64,000 nt of DNA from an uncultured Thermoleophilia bacterium (GCA_963702475.1 CAVPCT010000006.1:128001-192000); one strand, 5' to 3'; counted from the stretch's first letter, positions 27,150 to 36,917 are shown. Made by a program: numbers and translations. Notes: a model not told the origin generated them from the letters alone.

Positions 27150-28447
27150 GATCCGGGCAGATCCAGGGGCTGTGGCAGCTCGAAAGCGAACTCGGCCCAG
27201 GCGCCCTGCTCGGAGCGTGCCCGGATGCGCCCGTTGTGCAGCTGGACGATGCGCCAGGCGCTGTACAGGCCCACGCCGGTACCGCGCTTCGCCTCGCCTC
27301 GGGTGCGCAGTCGCGAGAACCGCTGGAACAGGCGCCCGCGGTCCTCGGGCGCGAACCCCGGGCCTTCGTTCCAGACCGAGATCTCCACCCGGGAGGGGTC
27401 CTTGACGGCGCGCACGCGGATGAGCCCGCCCTCGTTGCCGTACTTCACCGCGTTGCTGAGCAGGTTGGCCACGACGATGCGCAGCAGCCCTGGGTCGCAC
27501 TCGGCGGTGACGGTCTCGGGCGGCAGGTCCAGCTCGAGACGCATGCTCCGTCGCTCGATATCCGAGCGCACGAGGTCGAGCGACGGGGCGATGACCTCGG
27601 CGAGCACGTCCGCGTCCTGACGCCGGGACAGCGCAAGACCGCCGCCGTCGATGCGTGCCAGGTCCAGGTAGTCCTGCACGAGGCTGAGCAGGTACTCGCC
27701 CTTGCCGATCATGCGGTCGACCTTGTCGACCTGTCCGGGCTCCAGTTGCCCCAGGTAGCCCTGCGAGAGCAGGCGGGCGTCGGTCACCAGGGAGGCGATG
27801 GGGTTCTTGATCTCGTGACTGACGAACGCCAGCATCTCCAGATACGCCTGGTTGGCAGCTCGCAGCTGCTCGATCTGCCACGCCTTCTCCACCGCCTGGC
27901 TGAGGCGTTCGGAGATCGAGATCTCGAGCTCCACGTGGTGCGGCGTGAACGCCCTCGGGCTCCGCGAGTCCCGGAACATGAAGCCGAGTACCCGGCCTTC
28001 TACGATCAGCGGGCACGTGAGGCTGGAGCGCACCCCCTCCCTCACGAGGAGGTGGGAGGAGTGGCTGGCCGGGTGACCCTCGGCATGCAGCGAGAGGTCG
28101 TCGATGATCCTCGGCTCGGCGCTCTTGATGACGCGCTCGAGAGACGTGCCGCGAAGGTCGGCCGTGTAGCCCTTCGTGAGCAGCAGGGGCTGGTAGACGG
28201 CGCGCGCGTACTGAGCGATCACACGCTCGCCGCTCTCGTCCACGAACGCCAGTCCGATGCGGTCGCAGGGGATGATGCCGCGAGTGCGCTCGAAGAGGAA
28301 GTCGGCCACGTCGTTGAGCGACTGTTTGGCCGCGACCTTCTGGTTCACCATGCGCAGCGTCGCGCGTTCGTCGCCGCTGATCCTCTGGCGCGCGCCCCGA
28401 TCGCGGAACGGATCGAGATAGCGCAAGGTCGACTGCAGGCCCACCAT
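27146..28447 (-). CDS. Cytoplasmic GAF-domain sensor histidine kinase (HisKA)
   Basis: GAF (EGVRSSLTCPL), SHEIKNP, NLLSNAVKY, GTGVGL; no TM helix. Confidence 0.9.
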   Translation of the reverse strand: MVGLQSTLRYLDPFRDRGARQRISGDERATLRMVNQKVAAKQSLNDVADFLFERTRGIIPCDRIGLAFVDESGERVIAQYARAVYQPLLLTKGYTADLRGTSLERVIKSAEPRIIDDLSLHAEGHPASHSSHLLVREGVRSSLTCPLIVEGRVLGFMFRDSRSPRAFTPHHVELEISISERLSQAVEKAWQIEQLRAANQAYLEMLAFVSHEIKNPIASLVTDARLLSQGYLGQLEPGQVDKVDRMIGKGEYLLSLVQDYLDLARIDGGGLALSRRQDADVLAEVIAPSLDLVRSDIERRSMRLELDLPPETVTAECDPGLLRIVVANLLSNAVKYGNEGGLIRVRAVKDPSRVEISVWNEGPGFAPEDRGRLFQRFSRLRTRGEAKRGTGVGLYSAWRIVQLHNGRIRARSEQGAWAEFAFELPQPLDLPGS

Positions 28448-28651
28448 CCCCTCCGGCGTCGTCGCTCTGGGCGGCGATGACCGACCTGAGCCTCACTAGG
28501 AGCACCACCTGAGGCCCCATCGGCCGCTCCACACGGCCACGATAGCACTCCTCCGTGGTCTCGCAACGCCGTGAGGCCTCGGCGCGGACGCGAGGGAGAG
28601 TATCCGCGAGGCTGCGGCACCCACCCACTCCCTCGTGACGCGAGCCTGTTC

Positions 28652-28712
28652 TAGGGTGTTTACCCTATATTGACACAGAACCACTTGAATAGTCCTAGGG
28701 GAGACCTAGTAT
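28652..28712 (+). promoter_or_regulatory. Promoter region of the hdr-mvh operon with inverted repeats
   Basis: TAGGGT-N4-ACCCTA (28652-28667), TTGACA (28670-28675), TTGAAT-N16-TAGTAT (28685-28712), CTAGG-N5-CCTAG (28695-28709). Confidence 0.55.
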
Positions 28713-28715
28713 GTC

Positions 28716-28733
28716 ATGTGGGGCATTTCACAA
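28716..28733. promoter_or_regulatory. Rex-like operator
   Basis: ATGTGGG-GCAT-TTCACAA versus the consensus TTGTGAA-N4-TTCACAA (11 of 14 positions, one perfect half-site), just downstream of the putative -10. Confidence 0.55.
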
Positions 28734-28795
28734 GTCCCAGGAGCCGGTGGTTCGCGCGACGCGAGTCGCGAAGAGACGCGGTCACGGAGGTCCAC

Positions 28796-30607
28796 ATGAG
28801 GATCGGAGTCTACGAGTGCCGGGCCGGCGGCGACGACAGCGACGGCGTGAACCTGGAGTCCGTCGCCCGTTACGTGGCCAACCTCCCCCAGGTAGAGGTC
28901 GTGCGGCAGCTGGGCGTGATGCCCAAGCTCGACCCCAAGATGCTCGCCGACGAGATCGCCGCGGAGCGCCTGGACCGGATCGTCATCGCCGGGGACTCCC
29001 CCGGCTTCTTCAAGCCTGCCTTCACGCGCGCCATGGCGCTGGCGGGGGGCGAACCGGACGAGGTGCGGCTCGCCTCGTTCCGCGAGCACGCCACGGGCGG
29101 GGAAGGCGCGACCGCGCGGGCCAAGGCCATCGCCGCGTGCGCGGTGTACGGCATCCCGTTCACGCTCGCTGCACAGCCGAAGGACACGAAGTGGGGCGCC
29201 GCCACTCTGGTCATCGGCGGCGGCATCGCGGGCATCCAGGCAGCCCTCGAGATCGCCGACGGCGGCAAGAAGGTCTACCTGGTCGAGCGCTCGGGCACCA
29301 TCGGCGGCCACATGGCCATGTTCGACAAGACCTTCCCCACGCTCGACTGCGCGGCCTGCATCCTGACCCCGAAGATGGTGGCCGTGGGCCAGCACGAGAT
29401 GATCGACCTCCTCACCTACTCCGAAGTCGAGTCGATCACCGGGGTCCCCGGGGCGTTCAAAGCCACGATCCTCAGACACGCACGCCGGGTGGATGAGGGC
29501 GCCTGCGTGGCCTGCGCCATGTGCAGTGACGTCTGCCCAGTCAGCGTGCCCAGTGAGTTCGACGCCGGCATCGCCGACCGCAAGGCCGTGTACATCCCCT
29601 TCCCGCAGGCGGTGCCCAACGCCTACCTCGTCGACGAAGCATCGTGCACCTACGTGCAGACCAACGGGCAGAAGTGCGGGGCGTGCGCGAAGAAGTGCCC
29701 CAAAGACTGCATCGACCTGGACGCGCACGGTGACGTCATGCAGGTCGAGGTCGGCAGCGTGATCGTGGCGACCGGCTACGAGACGCTCGACGCCGCGAGG
29801 ATCGGGCAATACGGCTACGGCGTGCACGCAAACGTCCTCACGGCCCTGGAGTTCGAACGGCTCACGAACGCGTCGGGCCCGACGGGCGGCCGTATCGTCA
29901 CCAAGACGCTGCGTCACAACAAGCGCAAGAAGGTCGACGAGTGGGTCTTCGATCCTGAGGGCGCCGCGCCGCGAAGCGTGGCCATCATCCACTGCGTGGG
30001 CTCTCGCGACACGAACTACAACGCCTACTGCTCCCGCGTGTGCTGCATGTACTCGCTCAAGTTCGCCCATCTCGTGAAGGAGAAGCTGCCCGAGGCGCCC
30101 TGCTACGAGTTCTACATCGACATGCGTGCGTTCGGCAAAGGCTACGAGGCCTTCTTCGAGCGCATCCAGGACGAAGGTACATTCATCATCAGGGGCCGTT
30201 CGGCGACGGTGACATCGCAGGACGGCCAGATGTACGTCAAGGGCGAGGACATCCTCAGCGACAGCGTCATGGAGTTCCCGGTGGACATGGTGCTGCTCGC
30301 CGTCGGCCTCGTGCCGGCAGATCGGTCGGACGAGCTCGCCGGGATGCTGAACATACCGCGCGACAGCTACGGATGGTTCACGGAGGCCGACTACAACGGC
30401 GATCCCACGGGCACGGAGCGGGGCGGTGTGTACGTCGCCGGCGTCTGCCAGGGCCCCAAGGACATCCCCGACACGGTTGCGCAGGCCTCTGCCGTCGCGG
30501 CACGGTCTCTTGAGGGCGCCATGACTGGACGGGGCCTCGAGAGCATGGCCAACGTGAGCCTCACGGACATCGAGGCTCGCGCCAAGAGCCTGGTCGCAAA
30601 GGCGTAG
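28796..30607 (+). CDS. hdrA: HdrA/QmoA-like flavoprotein (internal 2x[4Fe-4S], degenerate N-terminal cluster site)
   Basis: GGAGG RBS; GGGIAG, KTFPTLDCAAC, two ferredoxin motifs, LEFER, HCVGSR, CSRVCCMYSLK, GPKDIP. Confidence 0.9.
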   Translation: MRIGVYECRAGGDDSDGVNLESVARYVANLPQVEVVRQLGVMPKLDPKMLADEIAAERLDRIVIAGDSPGFFKPAFTRAMALAGGEPDEVRLASFREHATGGEGATARAKAIAACAVYGIPFTLAAQPKDTKWGAATLVIGGGIAGIQAALEIADGGKKVYLVERSGTIGGHMAMFDKTFPTLDCAACILTPKMVAVGQHEMIDLLTYSEVESITGVPGAFKATILRHARRVDEGACVACAMCSDVCPVSVPSEFDAGIADRKAVYIPFPQAVPNAYLVDEASCTYVQTNGQKCGACAKKCPKDCIDLDAHGDVMQVEVGSVIVATGYETLDAARIGQYGYGVHANVLTALEFERLTNASGPTGGRIVTKTLRHNKRKKVDEWVFDPEGAAPRSVAIIHCVGSRDTNYNAYCSRVCCMYSLKFAHLVKEKLPEAPCYEFYIDMRAFGKGYEAFFERIQDEGTFIIRGRSATVTSQDGQMYVKGEDILSDSVMEFPVDMVLLAVGLVPADRSDELAGMLNIPRDSYGWFTEADYNGDPTGTERGGVYVAGVCQGPKDIPDTVAQASAVAARSLEGAMTGRGLESMANVSLTDIEARAKSLVAKA

Positions 30608-30616
30608 GAGGGCCGC

Positions 30617-31786
30617 ATGGCTATCAGAGCCAATCCCAAACTCATCGAAGAGCTCGAGCCGTACGGGGCCGAGGACGTGATGAACTGCTACCACTGCGGC
30701 AACTGCTCCGCCGTGTGCCCGTTCTCCGCGGCTCCCTACGTGTTCCCGCGCAAGCCGATGCGCTACCTGCAGATGGGGCTCGAGAAGAAACTCGAGAGCC
30801 AACTGGACCCGTGGCTCTGCTACTACTGCGGCGAGTGCTCGGACCAGTGCCCTCGTGACGCCGAGCCCGGGGAGACGATGATGAGCCTGCGGCGCTGGCT
30901 CACCTCACGATACGACTGGACGGGGATCTCCCGGCTGTTCTACAAGTCGTGGCGCTGGGAGTTGGGGGCCATCATCCTGGTGGCCATCCTCACGGCCATC
31001 GGCTTCACCCTGTTCGGCATGTCCCAAGGCAGCCTGTCCGACTACGACGGCGCCAACGCCTTCCTGCCGAGTTCCGCCATCCACATCTTCGACTGGGTGC
31101 TGGCGGGAGTACTCCTCGTGTTCCTGCTCAGTAACGCGGCTCGCATGTGGTGGTTCACCATGGGCCGTGACAAGGAGCTGCCCACGACACTCGGCAGCTA
31201 CATCACGAGCGTGTGGATGCTGCCCACCCACTTCTTCACGCAGATGCGCTACAGCAAATGCGAGCGCAAGGCACCCTGGGTGACCCACCTGGCGCTCATG
31301 CTGAGCTACGTGACCATGCTGGTGCTCATCATGTTCTTCCTCAGCGAGATGGCGTCGGGGCCCGCCATCGACTGGACCGTGCACGTGTTCGGCTACCTCG
31401 CGACGGCAGGCCTCGTCCTGGCCACGATCCTCTTCCTGCGCAACCGCGTGAAGAAGTCCTCGGCTCAGTACAGGCACTCGCACGAGTCCGACTGGATCTT
31501 CCTCGTGCTGATCCTCGTCGTCGCGCTGACCGGCATCCTGCAGCACATCCTGCACCGCAGCGGCATGGACGCGGCCGCCAACATCACGTACGTCGTGCAT
31601 CTGGCCCTTGTCGTCCCGATGCTGGCGCTCGAGGTGCCCTTCAGCAAGTGGTCGCATCTCGCGTACCGCCCCCTGGCCATGTACCTGGGCCAGGTGCGCG
31701 CCACTGCCCTGGCCCGCGAAGGCGCGGGCGGAACCGCGGCGGCGCACAGAGGTGCCGAACCGCAGACGCAGGTCCACACGGCCTGA
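30617..31786 (+). CDS. QmoC-like subunit: HdrC-type 2x[4Fe-4S] domain fused to a cytochrome b-type membrane domain
   Basis: CYHCGNCSAVCP and WLCYYCGECSDQCP; about 6 TM helices with His residues; C-terminal PFSKWSHLAYRP. Confidence 0.8.
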   Translation: MAIRANPKLIEELEPYGAEDVMNCYHCGNCSAVCPFSAAPYVFPRKPMRYLQMGLEKKLESQLDPWLCYYCGECSDQCPRDAEPGETMMSLRRWLTSRYDWTGISRLFYKSWRWELGAIILVAILTAIGFTLFGMSQGSLSDYDGANAFLPSSAIHIFDWVLAGVLLVFLLSNAARMWWFTMGRDKELPTTLGSYITSVWMLPTHFFTQMRYSKCERKAPWVTHLALMLSYVTMLVLIMFFLSEMASGPAIDWTVHVFGYLATAGLVLATILFLRNRVKKSSAQYRHSHESDWIFLVLILVVALTGILQHILHRSGMDAAANITYVVHLALVVPMLALEVPFSKWSHLAYRPLAMYLGQVRATALAREGAGGTAAAHRGAEPQTQVHTA

Positions 31787-31799
31787 AGGGGGTGAAGAG

Positions 31800-33524
31800 A
31801 TGGAGGAGCCACGCATCGGCGTGTACATCTGTAACTGCGGTACGAACATCGCCAAGGTCGTCGATTGCGACGCCGTCGTGCAGGCCGCGTCCGCACTTCC
31901 CGGCGTCACCGTCGCCCGCTCGTACAAGTACATGTGTTCCAACCCCGGCCAGGAGATGATCGCTCAGGACATCGAAGACGAGGGCCTGGAGCGCGTCGTC
32001 GTGGCCGCGTGCAGCCCCAGGATGCACGAGCCCACGTTTCGACGCGCCGCCGAGTCGGCGGGCGTCAATTCGTATCTCGTGCAGATGGCCAACATCCGCG
32101 AGCAGTGCAGCTGGGTCCACGACGACCCGTTCCAGGCGACGGAGAAGGCCACCGACCTGGTGCGCGCGGCCGTGTACCGGGTCGCGCAGCATGAGCCTCT
32201 GGAGCGCATGTCCGTCGACATGTGCCCGAACACGCTGGTCGTGGGCGGCGGCATCGCCGGCCTGTCCGCCGCCCTGGAGCTCGCCGACGCGGGCAAGCTC
32301 GTGTATCTGGTCGAAAGAGAGCCGGCGCTGGGCGGCAACATCGGGCGCGTCGACCTGACGGCGCCCTACCTGGACTCGGCTCGTGACATGCTCACCGACC
32401 GCATCACGCGTGCCGTGGAGCACCCGCACGTGGAGATCATGGTCCAGACGGAGCTCGAGAAGCTCGAGGGGTTCGTCGGCAACTTCAAGGCCACCCTCGT
32501 CCACCGCTCCTCCGGTGAAGGACCACCACGACAGGTCGTCGACGTCGGCAGCGTCATCGTGTGCACCGGCTACAGAGAGTTCGACGCGTCCCGCGCGACC
32601 CACCTTGGCTACGGCAAGCTGCCCAACGTGATCACGTCCTTCGAGTTCGAGCGCATGCTGCGCCAGGGGCGCATCGAGATGAAGGACGGGCGTCTGCCCC
32701 AGTACGTGGCGGTGATCCATTGCGTCGGCAGCCGCAGCGAGGAGTTCAACGGATACTGCTCGAGGGTGTGCTGCATGACGGCGCTCAAGTACGCGCACGA
32801 GGTCAAGTCGGCGCTGCCCGGTAGCTACGTCTCGGACGTGTACATCGACATGCACGCGTTCGGCAAGGGCTGCGAGGACTTCTACCGGCACAGTGCCGAG
32901 GTCAAGACGCTGTTCCTGATGTACGGCAAGGGCGAGCATCCGGTGGTGCGGCGCGCCGACCCCGGCGACGACTGCGAGATGCTCATCACCGTCGACGAGC
33001 AGTTGTCGGGCGAGCAGATCGAGCTGCCGGCCGACCTCATCATCCTCATGGTCGGGATGGAGCCGCGAGAGGACGCCGAGGCGGTGACGCACCTCGTCAA
33101 CATCAGCCAGGACAAGGACGGCTGGTTCATCGAGAGCCACCCCAAGCTGGACCCCGTGGCGACGACGACCGACGGCATCTACATCGCCGGCGCCTGCCAG
33201 TCGCCGAAGGACATCCCCGACTCGGTCGCCCAGGCCCGCGCCGCCGCTGGGCGCATCCTGGGCAAGATCTCGCGCGGCAAGCTCGAGATCGACGCGATGT
33301 TCGCGGCCGTCGACGAGGACCGCTGCTCCGGCTGCCGGGTGTGCAACGAGATCTGCCCGTACTCGGCCATCGAGTTCGACGAGACGAAGAAGCGCAGCCA
33401 CGTGATCAGCGCACTGTGCAAGGCGTGCGGTGCCTGCGTGGCCACCTGTCCGTCGGCGGCCATCAAGGCGAGGCACTTCACCGACCAACAGATCTTCGCC
33501 GAGATCGCGGGGGTGCTGGCATGA
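31800..33524 (+). CDS. hdrA: Second HdrA/QmoB-like flavoprotein (C-terminal 2x[4Fe-4S])
   Basis: IGVYICNCG, ACSP, NIREQCSWVH, GGGIAG, FEFER, CSRVCCMTALK, CSGCRVC..CP, CKACGAC..CP. Confidence 0.9.
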   Translation: MEEPRIGVYICNCGTNIAKVVDCDAVVQAASALPGVTVARSYKYMCSNPGQEMIAQDIEDEGLERVVVAACSPRMHEPTFRRAAESAGVNSYLVQMANIREQCSWVHDDPFQATEKATDLVRAAVYRVAQHEPLERMSVDMCPNTLVVGGGIAGLSAALELADAGKLVYLVEREPALGGNIGRVDLTAPYLDSARDMLTDRITRAVEHPHVEIMVQTELEKLEGFVGNFKATLVHRSSGEGPPRQVVDVGSVIVCTGYREFDASRATHLGYGKLPNVITSFEFERMLRQGRIEMKDGRLPQYVAVIHCVGSRSEEFNGYCSRVCCMTALKYAHEVKSALPGSYVSDVYIDMHAFGKGCEDFYRHSAEVKTLFLMYGKGEHPVVRRADPGDDCEMLITVDEQLSGEQIELPADLIILMVGMEPREDAEAVTHLVNISQDKDGWFIESHPKLDPVATTTDGIYIAGACQSPKDIPDSVAQARAAAGRILGKISRGKLEIDAMFAAVDEDRCSGCRVCNEICPYSAIEFDETKKRSHVISALCKACGACVATCPSAAIKARHFTDQQIFAEIAGVLA

Positions 33525-33955
33525 GCGTCGAACCGAGGATCGTCGCGTTCCTCTGCAACTGGTGCTCGTACTCCGGCGCCGACCTCGCCGGCACGAGCCG
33601 TATCCACTACCAGGCGAACGTACGCGTGATCCGAGTGATGTGCTCGGCGCGCATCGACCCGACCTTCGTGATCAAGGCCCTCGCCGACGGCGCCGACGGC
33701 GTGCTCGTCTGCGGCTGCCATCCCGGCGACTGCCACTACTCAGAGGGCAACTACAAGACGATGCGGCGCATGCCGCTGCTCAAGCGTATGCTCACGGACT
33801 TCGGCATCAAGGACGAGCGCGTGCGGCTCGAGTGGGTCAGCGCCAGCGAAGGAATGCGCTTCGCCGACATCGTGGACGACATGACGGAACGCCTGCGGGC
33901 GCTGGGCCCGAGCCGCGTCAAGGTGGCGCTGGCCAACGACGCGGTGGAGAGGTGA
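33521..33955 (+). CDS. mvhD: MvhD/FlpD [2Fe-2S] subunit
   Basis: FLCNWCSY, RVMCS, GCHPGDCHY, WVSASEG. Confidence 0.95.
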   Translation: MSVEPRIVAFLCNWCSYSGADLAGTSRIHYQANVRVIRVMCSARIDPTFVIKALADGADGVLVCGCHPGDCHYSEGNYKTMRRMPLLKRMLTDFGIKDERVRLEWVSASEGMRFADIVDDMTERLRALGPSRVKVALANDAVER

Positions 33956-34923
33956 GCCAGGTGAGCGAGAAACTCCAGATCGCGCTCTACTGGGGCGCCG
34001 CGTGCGGCGGCTGTGACGTCGCGGTCCTGGACACCAACGAGTTCATCCTCGACGTGGCCGCCGCCGCCGACATCCGCCTCTGGCCGATCGCGGTCGACGG
34101 CAAGTACGCGGACGTGGAGGCGATGGAAGACGGCGAGCTCGATCTGACCATCTTCAACGGGGCGGTGCGCAACGCGGAGAACGAGCACATCGCCAAGCTG
34201 CTACGTCAGAAGAGCAAGCTGATGGTGGCCTTCGGGTCGTGCGCCCATCTCGGCGGCATCCCTGGTCTTGCCAACCTGGTGTCCAGGGAAGAGATCATGA
34301 CCGCCGCATACCTTCACAATCCCAGCATCGAGAAGGGGAACACCACACTGCCACGCCCGGAGACGGGCACCAACGGCACGATGCTGACCATCCCGACGTT
34401 CTACAAGCGCGTCTACAAGCTCGACGACATCGTGCCCGTCGACTACTACGTCCCCGGGTGCCCGCCGGCCGCCGACCAGGTCAAGGCGGTCCTTCTTGCG
34501 GTGGTCGGCGGCCAGCTGCCGCCCAAGGGCTCGGTCGTGGGCGCCGGCGACACGGCCCTGTGTGACGAGTGCGCCCGCACCAAGTCCGAGAAGAAGTTGA
34601 AGGAGTTCCATCGTCCGTGGCAGATCATGATCGACCCCGAGGCGTGCCTCCTGGAGCAGGGCGTGCTGTGCGCTGGCGTGGCCACGCGCGCGGGCTGCGG
34701 CGCTCGCTGTCCGAGCAGCGGCATCCCGTGCCGCGGCTGCTACGGGCCGCTCCCCGGCGTGATCGACCAGGGCGCCAAGCTGCTCTCCGCCGTCGTGTCC
34801 GTGATCGACAGCAACGACCCGGCGGAGATCGAGACGATCCTCGACGGCCTTCCCGACTTTGCGGGGTTCGCCTACCGGTTCAGCGTGCCCGCCTCGCTGC
34901 TGCAAAGGAGCGTCCGCCAATGA
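33952..34923 (+). CDS. mvhG: Group 3c [NiFe]-hydrogenase small subunit
   Basis: ACGGC, FGSCA, PGCPP, CDEC, CLLEQG..C, CGARCP..PCRGCYG. Confidence 0.92.
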   Translation: MSQVSEKLQIALYWGAACGGCDVAVLDTNEFILDVAAAADIRLWPIAVDGKYADVEAMEDGELDLTIFNGAVRNAENEHIAKLLRQKSKLMVAFGSCAHLGGIPGLANLVSREEIMTAAYLHNPSIEKGNTTLPRPETGTNGTMLTIPTFYKRVYKLDDIVPVDYYVPGCPPAADQVKAVLLAVVGGQLPPKGSVVGAGDTALCDECARTKSEKKLKEFHRPWQIMIDPEACLLEQGVLCAGVATRAGCGARCPSSGIPCRGCYGPLPGVIDQGAKLLSAVVSVIDSNDPAEIETILDGLPDFAGFAYRFSVPASLLQRSVRQ

Positions 34924-36386
34924 GCAGGAAGATCAGCATCGATCCCATCACCCGCCTCGAGGGCCACGGCAAGATCGAGATCTTCCTCGACGACACCGGG
35001 GCGGTGCAGGACTGCTACTTCCAGATCCCCGAGTTGCGCGGCTTCGAGCGCTTCGTCGTGGGCCGTCCGATCGAGGAACTGCCGCGCCTCGTGACGCGCA
35101 TCTGTGGCGTCTGCCCGGCCAGCCACCACATGGCCAGCGCCAAGGCCGTGGACGGCTGCTTCGGCGGCGAGGTGGCTCCGCTGGCCGTGAAGCTCCGCCG
35201 CATGTACTACAACGCGCACTACATCCACAGCCACATCGCCCACTTCTACGCCCTGGCGGCGCCCGACTTCGTACTCGGGCCCGATGCCGACCCGGCCATC
35301 CGCAACGTTCTCGGTGTGGTGGCCAAGGTCGGGCTCGAGATCGGAGGCGCCGTGATCGCCTCGCGCGGCAAAGCGCAGGAGATCCAGCGCATCATCGGGG
35401 GGCGCTCCACCCAGGACATCTGGTGCATCCCGGGGGGCGTCGCCAAGGGCCTCAAGAAGGACGAACTGGAGCAGATCAGGCCCATGGTGGCCGAACTGTA
35501 CGACTTCACCCAGTTCTCGCTGCAGCTGTTCCGGGACATCGTCCTCGCCAACCCGACCTACCTGGACATCATCGCCAACGGCCCTTACACCCTGGACGTG
35601 CAGAACATGGGGCTCGTGGACGAGCACAACGCTCCGGACTTCTACGACGGTCAGGTGCGCGTGGTCGACTTCGAAGGCACGGAGATCTGCCGCTACGAGC
35701 CGCACCAGTACGCCGACTACGTGGCGGAGCACGTCGAGCCTTGGTCGTACCTCAAGTTCCCGTACCTCAAGCAGCGCGGCTGGAAGGGGTTCGTGGAGGG
35801 CATCGGCAGCTCCATCTACTGCGCCACACCGCTCGCCCGTCTCAACGTCGCCGACCGCATGGCGACGCCCCGGGCCCAGGAGGCCTACGAGGAGATGTTC
35901 GCGGCGCTCGGTGGGCACCCCAGCCGCATGCTCCTCGCCCAGCACTGGGCGCGGCTCGTGGAGATGGTCCAGAACGCCGAGGCGCTGCAGCAGTACTGCG
36001 ACGACCCCGAGATCACCGGCGATGCCTACCGCGTCATTCCCCAGCAGGTCACCGGTGAGGGGTTCGGCATCGTGGAGGCCATGCGCGGCACGCTGACGCA
36101 CCACTACACGTGCGACGAGAACGCCATCTGCACCAGCGCCAACCTGATCGTGGGCACGACCAACAACAACGCGCCCATCCAGATGGTCACGCGCAAGGTC
36201 GCCGAGACCCTGATCCAGCCGGGTGTGGAACCGGACCAGGGGATCCTCAACATGGTCGAGATGGCCTTTCGCGCCTTCGACCCCTGCTACAGCTGCGCGA
36301 CACACAGTCTTCCGGGCCAGATGCCCATGCGCGTGCGCGTGCACCGGGGCGGGGAGGTGACACATGACTTCAGGCGCGGCTGCTGA
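34920..36386 (+). CDS. mvhA: Group 3c [NiFe]-hydrogenase large subunit
   Basis: TRLEGH, L1 RICGVC, L2 DPCYSCATH plus a cleavable C-terminal tail. Confidence 0.95.
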   Translation: MSRKISIDPITRLEGHGKIEIFLDDTGAVQDCYFQIPELRGFERFVVGRPIEELPRLVTRICGVCPASHHMASAKAVDGCFGGEVAPLAVKLRRMYYNAHYIHSHIAHFYALAAPDFVLGPDADPAIRNVLGVVAKVGLEIGGAVIASRGKAQEIQRIIGGRSTQDIWCIPGGVAKGLKKDELEQIRPMVAELYDFTQFSLQLFRDIVLANPTYLDIIANGPYTLDVQNMGLVDEHNAPDFYDGQVRVVDFEGTEICRYEPHQYADYVAEHVEPWSYLKFPYLKQRGWKGFVEGIGSSIYCATPLARLNVADRMATPRAQEAYEEMFAALGGHPSRMLLAQHWARLVEMVQNAEALQQYCDDPEITGDAYRVIPQQVTGEGFGIVEAMRGTLTHHYTCDENAICTSANLIVGTTNNNAPIQMVTRKVAETLIQPGVEPDQGILNMVEMAFRAFDPCYSCATHSLPGQMPMRVRVHRGGEVTHDFRRGC

Positions 36387-36434
36387 AGGCGTCGCGGTAC
36401 TCCACCGGGCCGGGCCGTGGCGGGAGGGGGTCCG

Positions 36435-36917
36435 ATGAGGACCCTGCTCCTCGGCATGGGCAATCCGATCCTGACCGACGACGCCATCGGCATCCGCGCG
36501 GCACGCTCCATCAGGGAGAGGCTGGGGCCGGTCCCCGGCCTCTCCTGCGTGGAGGAGTGCTGCACCGGCGGTCTGGAGCTGCTCGACATCGTCGAGGGGT
36601 TCGACCGCCTCATCATCCTGGATTCGATCAAGACCGAGGGGGGCGATCCGGGAGACTGGTATCGCTTCGACGGCACAGCGCTGCGCGACACCATGCACCT
36701 GGACAACGTGCACGACGCCAACTTCGCCACCGCGATGGAGCTCGGCCGCCGCATGGGTGTGCACGTGCCGGCCGACGGGGACATCCACATCCTCGCCGTG
36801 GAGATCAGTGATAACCTCACGTTCTCCGATCGTCTCAGTCCGGCGTTGCAGGCTGCGTTGCCGGACCTCATCGATGAGCTGTACGCAGAGACACGAGCCC
36901 TCCTCGACACCTCCTGA
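36435..36917 (+). CDS. Hydrogenase maturation protease
   Basis: LGMGNPILTDDAIG motif; directly after mvhA. Confidence 0.92.
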   Translation: MRTLLLGMGNPILTDDAIGIRAARSIRERLGPVPGLSCVEECCTGGLELLDIVEGFDRLIILDSIKTEGGDPGDWYRFDGTALRDTMHLDNVHDANFATAMELGRRMGVHVPADGDIHILAVEISDNLTFSDRLSPALQAALPDLIDELYAETRALLDTS

